A DNA stretch of 64,000 nucleotides. Source: Eledone cirrhosa. Lineage: Eukaryota. Location: the NCBI GenBank assembly GCA_964016885.1, contig OZ024740.1:322896001-322960000 (forward strand), in the 5' to 3' direction. A program made the position numbers and the translations under genes. The notes under the pieces were generated by a model. The model had not been told where the DNA came from and searched no databases. It worked only from the letters and a program-made list of their open reading frames with translations. Below, piece after piece: positions 27,611-40,852 of this stretch. Within the stretch, counting starts at the first letter, position 1. Every line of letters starts with the position of its first letter.

Positions 27611-28071
27611 GAAACAACCCCCAAATAAGAAAGACAACAACATATTGCTAGTGAAAATAAAAGGCGACAGAAAAATAACGACATAATGCTTAACAAAATA
27701 ATTTTTTTTCTAAATGTAAATATAAATATAAACAAAAGAATGAAAACATAAATATTAAAAAAAAATCAACATAAAAAATAAAACAATAAAAGAAAATGAT
27801 GAAAAGAAAAATAAAGAAATACAAAGAAATTAGGATGAATATGTGATAAGCAAAATGGCGGCCTCTGTTGTGATTGGAAAAGACGACGAAGAAATTAATG
27901 TAAGAGAGGTTTTCCTTAGGGAAGGAGTTGGAAATGGTATTTCTTCTATTATTACAAGAAACACAAACAAGTTACTTGGTAAAGAATGCTAAAGAAAGAT
28001 TTTACAGGAACTCTTTTTCTATTTTGATAGAACAGCTACGACTCCTGGTTCTACTGCTGCTGCTGTTGGTA

Positions 28072-28280
28072 AAGGTGCGTGGTTTAGTGGTTAGGGTGTT
28101 CGCTTCACAATCCTAAGGTGACGAGTTTGATTCCCTCCAGAGCGTTGTTTCTTTCAGCTTGACGTTTTAATACACGTTGCTCCAGTTCACTCAGCTGGAA
28201 CAAGTGGGCTGTGATTATAAATCAAAGTCTGTTGAATGCTGAATCTCCCTGAGAATTACGTGTCTGTGCAATATGCAATC
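28072..28280 (+). mobile_element. tRNA-derived CORE-like SINE
   Basis: tggtttagtggttagg A-box, degenerate B-box, cacgttgctccagttcactcagctg. Confidence 0.6.
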
Positions 28281-28294
28281 ACTTAAACAATAGT

Positions 28295-29277
28295 TGTTTT
28301 TATTTTTGCCACAAGGCCAGTAATTATCCCAGTGCATTACTGGTAATTTATTTATCGACCTCGTAAGGATGAAAGGCAAAGTTAACCTCGGCAGGATTTG
28401 AACTCAGACTGTAAAGGGACGTAATTCTATGCTGAAAAGCATGGCGTCCGACCCTCTACTGAGACTGCCAATCCACCAAACAATAATTGTTTCTACGTTT
28501 GGCACAAGGCCAGTAATTAACCAGTGCATTACTGGTACTTTATTTTATCGACCCCGTAAGGATGAAAGGCAAAGTTAACCTCGGCAAGATTTGAACTCAG
28601 AATGGCGCTGTAACTCTATACGTCAAAGCATGGCGTCCGACCCTCTACCGATACTGCCAATCCACCGTAATAATATCAGATAGATCAGGCTTTTCCAGCA
28701 ACAATGCCTGTGTATGTGTGTGGCCCAGCACACACATACACAGGCATTGTTGCTGTTGCTGCTACTGCTGCTATTGCTGCTATTCTTGTCATTATTGTTG
28801 GCTTTAGTTGCCAGAAAATGATATTTTTGATTATATATTCTTATTTTTAGAATAGAATAAAATGAAATATGACGATAATCATGGTAATGTTGATGATAAT
28901 AATAATTGTTTCTACTTTTAGCACAAGACCAGCATTACTGGTGCTCTATTTTATCGACCTCGTAAGGATGAAAGGCAAAGTTAACCTCGGCGGGATTTGA
29001 ACTCGGAACGTAAAGGGACGTAACTATGCTGGAAAGCATGTCCAACCCTCTACCGATACTGTCAATTCACCGCCCTTGGTGATAAAGGTAATAATAGTTT
29101 CTTATATAGGCACAAGTCCAGTAATTTCAGGGGAAGAGAAAGTCGATTAAATCGACCCCAGTGCATTATTGGTAATTTATTTATCGACCTCGTAAGGATG
29201 AAAGGCAAAGCTAATCTCGACGGATTTTGAACTCAGAACGTAAAGGGCCGTAACTGTCGCTCTACAGATTCTGCCAA
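28295..29277 (-). mobile_element. Cluster of four main-family SINE copies
   Basis: Copies at about 28300-28480, 28485-28668, 28905-29075 and 29095-29277. Confidence 0.85.
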
Positions 29278-29505
29278 CAATAAATGGTAATAATAATTAT
29301 GATAATGATGACGTAATATGAATAATATTAACAAAAATAACAAAGTTAATAAAAATAATAAGTATTATAACAACATAAAGAGAACAATATCGTTTTTCAC
29401 TTTTTTCTTAAAATATTCAGAAAGAAATATTTGTTCTTCATAGAAATGGCTGCTGCTTCTACTACTACCGCTGCTCTGCTGCTGCTGCTGCTGCTGCTCC
29501 TCCTC

Positions 29506-29566
<61 letters not shown>

Positions 29567-29626
29567 TGCTACTAATGCTGCTCCTGCTACTACTACTACT
29601 AACACCACCACCACGACCACCACCAT

Positions 29627-29691
<65 letters not shown>

Positions 29692-29832
29692 TTTTTTCAT
29701 TACCCGCAGGTCCCATTCATTCATGTCAATAGTTTTTGATATTTACAGGGTTTACATGACGCAAAATATAGTGATATAAAAAGGTGAGGGACAAACACAT
29801 TCATATTTATATAGATATATATGTGTGCGTGA

Positions 29833-29888
<56 letters not shown>

Positions 29889-29896
29889 ACTCTCTC

Positions 29897-29927
<31 letters not shown>

Positions 29928-29936
29928 CACTCTCTC

Positions 29937-29988
<52 letters not shown>

Positions 29989-30739
29989 AATTAATAAAAA
30001 TAATGAATAAAAACAAAGAAACAGTTCCTTATATTAAAAAATCATCATTTTACGATCGTTTCTAGGATATATATGTTTGTGTTTGTATGTATATCATATA
30101 GATCTATGTAAAATTTTTACAAACTATCAGAGGGAATATACATACCTACACATATATATGCTGTCTTCAGAAATAATTGTTTCTACTATTGGCACAAGGC
30201 CAGAAAATTACCCAGTACATTACTGCAGAAATAATGATATTTGTTTATCGAAAAAACCCAACAAAGATTTAATATAATAGGTCTGTTTGGGAACAGGTTT
30301 TGAATTGACCAATAGAAAGGTAGTGAGTGGTCAAGATGGTAGAATAGTAGTAATAGAACTTTAATTTAGGGGTAGAGGAAGGCAGATTTCAGTTTTGAAT
30401 GGAAAGAGTATGATGAATGAAAAGATTATTTTAGGGATGAAAATAGGTAAAGTCGGTAAAAGGTACACGAAGAATTGATGTTATAAAAGAATAATGCTAA
30501 TGTAAATATCTAAGGAGAATAAAATTTTACGATAAATGTGTTAGTGAAAAATATCAATCTTATTCAAAATATAGGGAATTTACATCTATAAAAAGAAAAT
30601 AAATTAATTAAATTGATAGGTATATTTATATTGATAAAATTATATTAATTCATATAGATGTAATTGAAGAGTGCTGTTAAAAACGAAGGGAAAATAAAAA
30701 AAAAAAAAAATAATAATTAAATAAATATATATATATTAG

Positions 30740-30960
30740 TGAAGGCATGGGGCTGAGTGGTTAGAGAATTGGATTTACAATCTTGAGGTTGTGAGTTCGA
30801 TTCCTGGCCCGGGCGATGCGTTATGTCCTTGAGCAAAGACACTTTATTTCACGTTGCTCCTTCAACCTGGAGTTGCGACTAATAGATAGTATTAGTAACT
30901 GGAAAGACCAACGGAAACATTGTTTCCTCGGTCCGATTTGACGAAAGTCGATCGCTCCCC
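30740..30960 (+). mobile_element. tRNA-derived CORE-like SINE (same as 7157-7380)
   Basis: Colinear with 7157-7380 over its full length. Confidence 0.8.
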
Positions 30961-31005
<45 letters not shown>

Positions 31006-31029
31006 GTGAACAACACAATATTTTTTCCT

Positions 31030-31265
31030 TTGCTTTTTCTTCGGTATTACCTAAAACATATATATGGCACTGAATCATGGACACTAACTGAGATGTTAAC
31101 AAGCAGGCTAAACAACTGCTCAACAAGGATGCCACGAATGGCCCTTAATGTGAAATGGTGGCAACATGTAAATGCCTTTATGGAGACATGCCAAAAGTGA
31201 GTGAAAAGATCAGGCAAAGACAGATCCGCATAACTGGTCATTGTGTGCGACACCCTGAAACCGCT
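31030..31265 (+). pseudogene. RTE-like ORF fragment (post-RT region)
   Basis: IYGTESWTLTEMLTSRL...TRMPRMALNVKWWQHVN, followed by GHCVRHP. Confidence 0.7.
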
Positions 31266-31318
31266 AAATAAATAAATATTCTTAAAAGACTCCAGTTGCA
31301 TTTTCAATTTCTTTTCCT

Positions 31319-31396
<78 letters not shown>

Positions 31397-31417
31397 CGGT
31401 TTCAGGGTGTATATTTC

Positions 31418-31487
<70 letters not shown>

Positions 31488-31489
<2 letters not shown>

Positions 31490-31677
31490 TTGGAGGTGGT
31501 AAAAACGAGTTAGACCATTACTCACCAGAGTACTCGACACTTGGGGTAGTAGATTAGGTAATATGAAAAAGTTCAGGATCCCGACGGCTGAGCTCCGACC
31601 GTTTCAACAGCTAGATCCGGATGTACCTGTTGAAATGGCCGGTGTTCAGCCGTCGGGGTCCTGAATTTTTCATATTC
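31488..31677. mobile_element. Family A fold-back pLTR fragment
   Basis: Imperfect palindrome about 31560-31675; each arm has GAAA-stem III-GTC-ggg.tc; tail carries gtgtcgagtact on the minus strand. Confidence 0.75.
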
Positions 31678-31689
31678 TTATATATATAT

Positions 31690-31803
31690 ATGAATAAATT
31701 TAGTCCTTCATCAGTGATCTTCCAACCTTCATTAGTATTTCATCGCTATGAAATACCAATGAAGGTTGGAAGATCACTGATGAAGGACTAAATTTATTCA
31801 TAT
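31690..31803. repeat. Near-perfect ~55-bp-arm palindrome containing a hammerhead 5' half
   Basis: gaagatcaCTGATGAaggactaa on both strands; single-arm copy at about 54820-54878. Confidence 0.7.
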
Positions 31804-31845
31804 GTAACCCATTTTCAACCACGCAGCACGCCATGTTTTCATATT

Positions 31846-31913
<68 letters not shown>

Positions 31914-32077
31914 TTGCCTATCACTGATCTATCAAGATCGATGATGCTGGTATATCATGAAAAATTATATATCTCATATGTTATTTATCCGCTGTTACAC
32001 ATAAATATTTGCGTCCCCGAAATATATATAATGAAATAAATAGTGATGATATAAAGTATATATCTTTCGTTTATTAC

Positions 32078-32170
<93 letters not shown>

Positions 32171-32667
32171 TATGTATATATATATATATGTGTGTGTGTA
32201 TATATATATATACGAGCATGTCTGTGCGTCTGTGTGTATGTGAGTGTAAGTGTGAGTGTTTATATTTCAACCAATATATGCTATAGATAATTGATGAGAG
32301 CAGACAGAGACGTGTCAAGATGAGAAGTTAATAATACATAGTTTTCTTTAAAAAAAACCCAAGTTACATTCAGAATATAGAAGGACTAAATTAAATAATG
32401 CATTGCATGTACACGCACACACATCTACGCTTATCTACTTTGCTAGCGAAAAACACAAGGACCTTCTGTGGCTAAAAGATTGATTTATACATACATACTC
32501 ACGTTATACATACATGCACATACAGCTCCCTTAAAAGAAATGGTTAAGCTCTACATCTGTTACGATAATCTGCTTAGTTTGTACACTGATTATATATGGA
32601 TCTCCTCTCATGTGTGTACACATATACACACCCTCAGCTCCCAGTATACAAGCATCACACACACACA

Positions 32668-32774
<107 letters not shown>

Positions 32775-32854
32775 ATGTGTGTATATATATGTATATATAT
32801 ATATATATATGTAAAAAATAAACAGAAATAACAACACAATCGGTACAGTATATG

Positions 32855-32932
<78 letters not shown>

Positions 32933-33694
32933 GTATATATATATGTATATATATATATATGTATGCATGTATATATACATGCATACATATTTACATGCCT
33001 GTATACATGATTACACACACAGAGAGGCACCCCACACATGCTTGTGTGTGTTTGTGTTCTTGTTTCTGTTTAGAGTGTATCAAACGGAAGAAATAGCTTA
33101 ATCCCCGTGTCTAGGATTACAGCAAATTGATGGAACAGGTGCGACGAAAGAATGCCGTATTAAATACCCACACGCTCCATCACTACATCCCACTCCGCTC
33201 CCTTCTGTCTCATCCGCTCCCTCGTCCCTTATTCCTCACATCACAGTCATTCACAACAGTTTGGTAAAACATATCTTAACACACACTCGCATTACATACA
33301 AAACATTCCGGCACTCCTTCATTATGTAAAGGAACTGGATAGTTAATAAGGATAATGTGCAACATAGAGTAAGCAAGACTAATGGCTAATTTCTCCTTCC
33401 AACTGACTGGAGAGACTTGGGTTCAAGCTAGCTTCATAATCTGATACGTTTGTCACACTTCAAAACAAAAACAGAAACTTCCTCAACCGCACCACACCTC
33501 AGCCACCCATATAGACAGGCAGCAGACACACACACAGATACACACACACACACTCACACACACATGCACACACACGCACACAAACAGACACAGACACAGA
33601 CACAGACAAACAAGCACACACATATATATGTATGTACTTTATATTATATATATATATATATACATATAACATATGAACATATATACATATACAT

Positions 33695-33730
<36 letters not shown>

Positions 33731-33772
33731 GAGTGTGTGTGCGCGCGTATGTATTTATATATATTTAAATGT

Positions 33773-33814
<42 letters not shown>

Positions 33815-33816
33815 CG

Positions 33817-33903
<87 letters not shown>

Positions 33904-34291
33904 ACACATATATATATATATATATTCCTACGTATATATGCCTTAATCTATGTGTGCGATATTTCAGGGTCAATGATAGAAGGGGGCTTAAACAGCAATG
34001 AAGCGTGCAATTCTTTCCAGCACATAACAGTTGTGGAATCATCACAGGCTGTAATCTCCACAAAGCTTTATTTGAGCCGCTCAAGACATCTAACACAATC
34101 GTCAGATGCCGCCATCTTTTTGATTTATCACTTAATATAAAACGGTCCGAACTGTGATGTAGGTGAGAAGGGAGGGGTGAGGTAATAATGGTAGAGGAGA
34201 CAGAAAGAATGAAAAGCTAGTGAAGGTGGTGGTGGTGGTATTTATTGTAGTCGAAGTAGGAAGAACGGTATAGAACTTTTCGTGTGTTGAT

Positions 34292-34333
<42 letters not shown>

Positions 34334-34354
34334 ACATATACATATGTATGTATG

Positions 34355-34405
<51 letters not shown>

Positions 34406-34406
34406 T

Positions 34407-34448
<42 letters not shown>

Positions 34449-34630
34449 GGAATATATATATAAGCTGGTGTGTATATGCATATGCATTGTGTGGTTGTAG
34501 GAGAGTTGGAGGCATGTATGTGTGAGGAGAAAGGGAGAAAGAGCGAGAGAGAAGAGGAATGGCAGAAATGGAAAAAGAAATAAATATCTATATTTAATAA
34601 TTTATACGACGATAGTTATTTCTATTTTGC

Positions 34631-34695
<65 letters not shown>

Positions 34696-34699
34696 CAAA

Positions 34700-34890
34700 G
34701 GGAATGTGGTAAGGAACGAGGTGGACCATAACTCACTAGAGTACTCAATACTTAGGGTAGTAGAGTGGGAAATAGGAAAAAGTATGACCCCGACGACAGA
34801 GCTCAAGCCGTTTCGACGGCTATTTCTGGACTCCAGAAATAGCCTTCGAAACGGCTTGAGCTCTGCTGTCGGGGTCATACATTTTCCTAT
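34700..34890. mobile_element. Family A fold-back pLTR fragment adjacent to the PLE
   Basis: Palindrome about 34773-34890 centred on tctgga-c-tccaga; tail carries gtattgagtact on the minus strand. Confidence 0.8.
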
Positions 34891-34971
34891 ATATATATAT
34901 ATATATATAAACTTTAATCTGTTATTTTAATAAATAAATAAATAAATATATATATATATATATATAGGAAA

Positions 34972-35078
34972 AAGTATGACCCGACGGCAGAGCTCAAGCC
35001 GTTACGACGGGTAGTTCTGGACTATATTAGAATTTTTAGCCTGGTGAATAAATAGCCGAACTTGTCAAGGGGGTACTT
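34972..35078 (-). ncRNA. Type I hammerhead, U3-A8 core variant with long stem II
   Basis: aagtaccccc-TTGACAA-gttcggctattt...-G(T)AA-cggcttgagctctgcc-GTC-gggtcatactt; GAAA intact in neighbouring family A copies. Confidence 0.65.
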
Positions 35079-35747
35079 CCTTATATGGGAATATTGTAGT
35101 TGTCAATTTGTTGTAAACACAAATAAGTCTATCATGGCACTTGGTGGGAGGTAGGGGTGGCTGAACTTGCCTGTATAACAATAGGGGAGTGAGTGGGGCG
35201 GTCAAGCGTTGAAAGTGATATGTATACAGCAGAATCTAAGGATAGTGTATGACGTGGAGGAGGGAGGTTATAGAATAGGTAAATCGAATGAGAGTAGGAG
35301 ACAATAAAAGATACTAGAAAGAAATAAAAAAATATTTAAAATTAGATAGTGAGAAATGAATAAAAATAATCACAATTCTATCTTACAATTACAGGTTAAT
35401 AAGTTGAGAATAGAAAAAACTTGTAGAAATTTAGTAGTACCAGAACTGATACAGAATTAAAGGGGCTTAACACGTCTGCTATAAGTAGTTAGTAAAACTT
35501 ATTCGGCCAATTCTATCTTAAAATTACAGGGGTGGGGGAACTGATGCTACAGAGGCCCGATGGGCTGCATCGGGGTAGGCGAAAGGGGAAAAGCAGACGA
35601 GGAAGAAAATAGGGGGTGGAAGGAAGTGATAGGATAAGACAGGAGGAAGAACAAGACAAAGAGGAAAAGAAAAGAAAAGAGATACATCTACCTATGTAAG
35701 CTGGGGTTTCCCCTAACTTATTCGGCAAGTGGGGTAGAAGCCCTGGT

Positions 35748-36945
35748 CTACCCACCCGGGTCGTTATGGGGTTTGAGGGCGAGGTAAGTCCTACGCAATC
35801 TGTGTTTGCATGCGGTTACCAGTTCGTCTTTCTTGTTTAGGAGTTGGTCCTTCGAAAACAGCATTTGTAATGTTTCCTCCGAGCATAAGTTACACGGACG
35901 GTGTCCTCCCGTGTAAGAGTTAGCTCTGGACAGTAAGCTCCAAGTGAGATTGTAGGTTATATTATTATCTTGGAGGTCCCAGATGTGGCTCGAAAGTGTA
36001 GTGGCATGTCGCCGGACCGGGTTTCGGAAAGTATGTCGGTGTTGGTAGAGCCGGGTCTTGAAGTCACACGCGGTTAATCCTATATAAGCTTTGTTGGAGA
36101 TGTCCGTCCTCACGTTGCACTGGTAGATCACGTTACGTTCTCGGCATTTGTTGTTGAGGAGGCACGTAAATCTATGAGGGCAATTACACCTCCTGGTCGG
36201 CTCTCCACTGATGTCTAAGTTATTTCTTCCATAGGGGTTGAGTTTTTTGTTGTTTGAGGAGACGATGTTTTGTGCGAAGTTAGGTGTGGTGCTGTAGGAG
36301 AGTTAGATGGTGTTTTTGTTGATTATGTTGTGGTAGCGGTTTTGTAGTGGGAAGTGTTTTTCGAGGAGTCTAAAGATTTTCCCGATAGGTGTTGCCACCT
36401 CGGCATTATGGGGAGGATTGAACCACGTTACGTTGCGTGAGCGGCGTGTCGCCTGCTGGTTCCGCTAAGGGAAGCTGGATAAAAGGATATTTCCTCCCGG
36501 AAGCCACTCTGCTTGAGGGCCTGATTGTAATGAGTCGCGTGTTCGTCGAATATCTGCTCATTTGCGGACAAACGAGATACGCGGAGAGAGATGTTTTTAA
36601 CCAGGTTATTGGTGATGTTTCTAGGGTGGTTAGAGCGGCGGTGGATGTAGTGCAGGTTGTCGTTTGGTTTCCTGTATGGGTAGTACAGATCATTTTCGAG
36701 GTTAAGGGTAACGTCCAGGAAATTGACTCGGGTTAGGGACGTTTGTAGGATGATTTTAAATCCCCAGTCCCGGAAGAAGTTGATTAGTTGTTTACGGACC
36801 CGGTCTGTACTACTGGGGTTGTACCCTTTGAGGGTGAGGAGCCCATCATCCTGGTACAATCCACCGCCGAATGCAGGAAACATTTCCGTGAGTTTAAATA
36901 GTAGGAATAATCCTATAAGATCTGTGACCTCGGCCGTGAACTGAC
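35748..36945 (-). pseudogene. PLE RT/GIY-YIG polyprotein, frameshifted with in-frame stop
   Basis: AEVTDLIGL...GLYQDDGL...VNFLDVTL...PYRKPN..YIH..SNHP; WFNPP; CNCPHRFTCLLNNKC; VIYQC...YIGLT..FKTRLYQH...CNLCSEE. Confidence 0.92.
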
Positions 36946-36949
36946 GTCG

Positions 36950-37225
36950 AAGGGGGATTATTGGGCCTTCTCTGTTTATAAGCCTGTAGTTTGAGGAAGA
37001 GAGCAAAAGGAAGAAAGGAGCACTTGCACAACACGCTCCTGGAGTTGAGGGTTGTTCTATCGACGGTGTATTAAACAACCCATGTGTGGCGCCTCCCCCC
37101 TATTGGGGATTTCGAATGTTGTAATTGTTTGTTTTTATATTTTTTACACGATGGTATGTAAAATCCCCGGCATGTCTTTGTATTGTCCCCTTTTCTTGTG
37201 CGTCCTTGTGGCTAATAAAGAAATA
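36950..37225 (+). mobile_element. Probable 3' UTR of another LINE fused at the PLE truncation point
   Basis: Not PLE-coding; ends cttgtggctAATAAAgaaata followed by (TCTA)n. Confidence 0.35.
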
Positions 37226-37277
37226 TATCTATCTATCTATCTATCTGTCTATCTATCTCTCTATATATACTTAAATG

Positions 37278-37316
<39 letters not shown>

Positions 37317-37356
37317 TCACACACACATATATATATACAGACAGACTGTCATACAC

Positions 37357-37432
<76 letters not shown>

Positions 37433-37502
37433 ACATGCATACACACGCACATATATGTATATAAATATGAATATATATATGAATAATTTTGATCAATACA
37501 CA

Positions 37503-37688
37503 ATAATTGTTTCTACTTTTGGCACAAGACCAGCAATCACGCAGTGTATTATTGGTACTTTATTTTATCGATCCCATAAAGATGAAAGGCAAAGTTAACC
37601 TCGGCGGGATTTGAACTCAGTCCGTAAAGGGACGTAACTGTGCTGCAAAGCATGGCCTCAGACCCTCTACCGATACTGCCAATCCACT
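37503..37688 (-). mobile_element. Main-family SINE
   Basis: Matches the family consensus. Confidence 0.85.
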
Positions 37689-38793
37689 TCTTTACCTAAT
37701 AATAGTAATCTGTAGTGTTTCTTTTCAGCTTGAAACAGATCTGTATAGACCTTAAGAATCAATATTTACCATCTTCCTGTAAGTCTATTGCTTACCGCCC
37801 TACTTTTATTATGCTTTATATATCTAGATATAAACATGGGGTCGATAAAATAAAGTACCAGTAATGCACTGGTTATTGCTGGCATTGTGCCAAAAGTAGA
37901 AACAATTATTAAATAAAGTACATTATAAAGATGTTTGACTCCCTTCAGTAGGCAACATCTTGCTATTTACACATAACTCTAGCCGTCAGTCATGCAGTTA
38001 AATCACAAACTGTGAAACTATATGTATTATAACGACTAGACAGAAGGGTACGGGCAGGCTAGCAGGAATGCTAAAAATAGCTCCCCGTTAACCCCATAAA
38101 TCAGCTCAAATAAATTATAAACATACGAAGCAGAGATAAAAGAATAATTTTGATCAATACGTGCAGTCAAATCACAAATTGATATGTTATGTATACATAT
38201 ACGCACGAAGTATTTTATTGGTGTATATACGATAAATTTATGAGCTTGTGTGTATGTATCATATTTGTGAGAAAACGAATGTAAAAGTAGCCGAAATAAG
38301 AACAACAAGAGCAGCAATAATGTTAGACTTAAAAAAATAAAGTGGCTAGTTGACTGCAAGTCCCAGGTGATAGCCGTCTACTGTGAAGAATGTTATAGAT
38401 GTTAGTTGTTAATGTACGCAGCTATGTGATTAGTGTGTTAGTCTCATGATTGTAAGATGGTAGGTTTGATATCTGGACAGTGTGGCTTTGATCATAACAT
38501 TTCAGTTCACGCTGATCCTGTCAACTCAGCTGAATAGTAGTACCAGCAACATCAGCTGGGGTTTACTAAGCGAGAGACTTAAGCTGCAACCAGCTCCCTT
38601 GTCCACTTTCTCTCCTCTTTTGCTCCATTTTTCTTGTATCTCAGTCAATTAAGATAACATGAAACCGGGATAGGCTCCGGCCTTCGTCCAGCCCTTGTCA
38701 GTATGGAGAAACGGACGTAACACTGACGAGAAAAAAAAAAATTATGAAACTTACAACGAATTTATAATCAATAAAACTATTATAAATTGCAGA

Positions 38794-38870
38794 GGTCACA
38801 TGATCACATGGTCACAGAATCACAGGATCACATAATCACTGGATCACATGATCATAAGATCACATGATCA
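38794..38870. repeat. 8-bp tandem repeat (GATCACAT)~10
   Basis: Direct observation; contains TCACATGA/TCACATGG E-box-like words. Confidence 0.8.
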
Positions 38871-39129
38871 GCTACAATATCTTAGATGGTGTTGGATCCC
38901 ACATTTGACCCAATTTTCCAATTTTTTAATAATTTAAATGTTTCTTTTGTTTACTTCCTTCTCCCCCCACCACCCTCCCCTCGTATTGCCCCCCCTCTCC
39001 CCCACCACACTCTAATTCAATTGTACATTGTTGTTGTTGTTGGTTTTATATTGCTCTTGGTTTTGTTATTATCAAAGTTACTACAATTGATATTACTCGT
39101 TATGATTGTATTTGTTGTGTCTGATTAGT

Positions 39130-39525
39130 TATAATGCCCGGAAAATTGCCTTACGTCCTTAGTATAGATAGATAATGAACACAACCACAAGGATATGGTC
39201 CGAACGTAGAAGAGCCGAACTCCCACTGTCATCGCCTCCATCTCTCTCACCCTCCCCATCTCTCTGTATGGTGAGCAAATGGGGTCCCACGTACTGGACT
39301 CCCCACAGCCCCGTCGGACAGAATAGAGAAGGCGTTTCTCCGGAGGATGGTAAGGGAGATGCGCTGGAAGAGCCATTCCATCTCGTGGGGCTCACACCTG
39401 CGGCTGGCCGGCTCAGCACCTATGGCGGTGAGTAGGGAGGTAGCCCTAGGGCTTGGGACACCAGAAGTCTCCATTGCCAAGGGCACGACCGCAAACCTGT
39501 CGGAGAGCGACCGCTATTGTTTTGT
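39130..39525 (-). mobile_element. CRE-like non-LTR retrotransposon 3' end (RLE C-terminus)
   Basis: RFAVVPLAMETSGVPSPRATSLLTAIG...WLFQRISLTILRRNAFSIL matches the P.A.ET.G...L.QR.S.A..RGNA motif. Confidence 0.75.
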
Positions 39526-39529
39526 GGGT

Positions 39530-39559
39530 TGTTGTTGAAGTTGTTTTTGTAGTCGTTAT

Positions 39560-39630
<71 letters not shown>

Positions 39631-39649
39631 GCGTTGCTGCTGTTGTTGT

Positions 39650-39696
<47 letters not shown>

Positions 39697-39836
39697 TTGT
39701 TGCTGTTGTTGTTGCTGTTGTTGTTGTTGCTGCTGTTGTTGCTGTTGTTGTTGCTGTTGTTGTTGTTGCTGCTGTTGTTGCTGTTGTGTTGCTGTTGTTG
39801 TTGCTGTTGTTGTTGTTATTATTGCTGTGTTGTGGT

Positions 39837-39877
<41 letters not shown>

Positions 39878-40095
39878 TGTTGTTGCTGTTGTTGCTGTTG
39901 TTGTTGCTGTTGTTGTTGTTGTTGCTGTTGTTGTTGTTGTTGCTGCTGTTGTTGTTGCTGATGTTGTTGTTGCTGTTGTTGCTATTGTTGTTGCTGTTGT
40001 TGTTGTTGTTGCTGCTGTTGTTGCTGTTGTTGTTGCTGTTGTTGTTGTTATTGTTGCTGTGTTGTGGTTGTTGCTTTAGTTGTTGCTGCTTTTGT

Positions 40096-40133
<38 letters not shown>

Positions 40134-40262
40134 TTGTTGTTGCTGTTGTTGCTGTTGTTGTTGCTGTTGTTGTTGCTGTTGTTATTGTTGCTGCTGTTGC
40201 TGTTGTTGTTGTTGTTGCTGTTGCGATTGTTGTTGTTGCTGTTGTCGTTGATATTGTTGCTT

Positions 40263-40295
<33 letters not shown>

Positions 40296-40622
40296 TTGTT
40301 GCTGTTGTCGTTGTTGCTGTTGTTGCTGTTGTTGTTGTTGTTGTTATTGTTGCTGTTGTTGCTGTTGTTGTTGTTGTTGCTGCTGCGATTGTTGTTGTTG
40401 CTGTTGTCGTTGATATTGTTACTTCTGCTGTTGTTGTTGCTGTTGTTGATGTTGCTGTTGTTGGTATTGTTTCTGTTGTTGCTGCTGTTGTTGTTGTTGT
40501 TGATGTTGTTACCATGGTTGCGGTTGTTGTTGCTGATGTTGTTGTTGTTGTTGTTTTTGTTGTTGTTGTTTTTGCTGTTGTGTTGTTGTTGTTGTTGTTG
40601 TTGTTGGTGTTGCTGTTTTTGA

Positions 40623-40693
<71 letters not shown>

Positions 40694-40840
40694 TTGATGT
40701 TGCTACTATTTTTCTCGTTGCAGTTTTTGTTGTTACCGTTGTTGATGATGATGTTATTGTTGATGCTATTGCTGTTACTGTTGTTATTGTTGCTGTTGTT
40801 AATATTGTTGTTAATATTGTTCTTGATGCTATCATTATCT
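39530..40840. repeat. 1.3-kb (GTT/GCT)n compound trinucleotide tract
   Basis: Direct observation. Confidence 0.95.
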
Positions 40841-40852
40841 TCATTGTTGGAA

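Larger units (their letters stand above)
34966..36945 (-). mobile_element. 5'-truncated Penelope-like retroelement (C-terminal EN, probably Nematis-like)
   Basis: RT, linker and GIY-YIG (35748-36945), 3' UTR and terminal hammerhead. Confidence 0.9.

Noticed and set aside
29710-29790. Exon-like segment with AG acceptor and AAG|gtgagg donor
   Set aside because: The long version has stops in all frames; the 35-bp version (GLHDAKYSDIK) is too short to support without transcripts.
33960-34160. Unique-sequence patch with open frames and an AAGATGGCGGC motif
   Set aside because: No recognisable protein and no consistent splice pair; cannot be supported from sequence alone.
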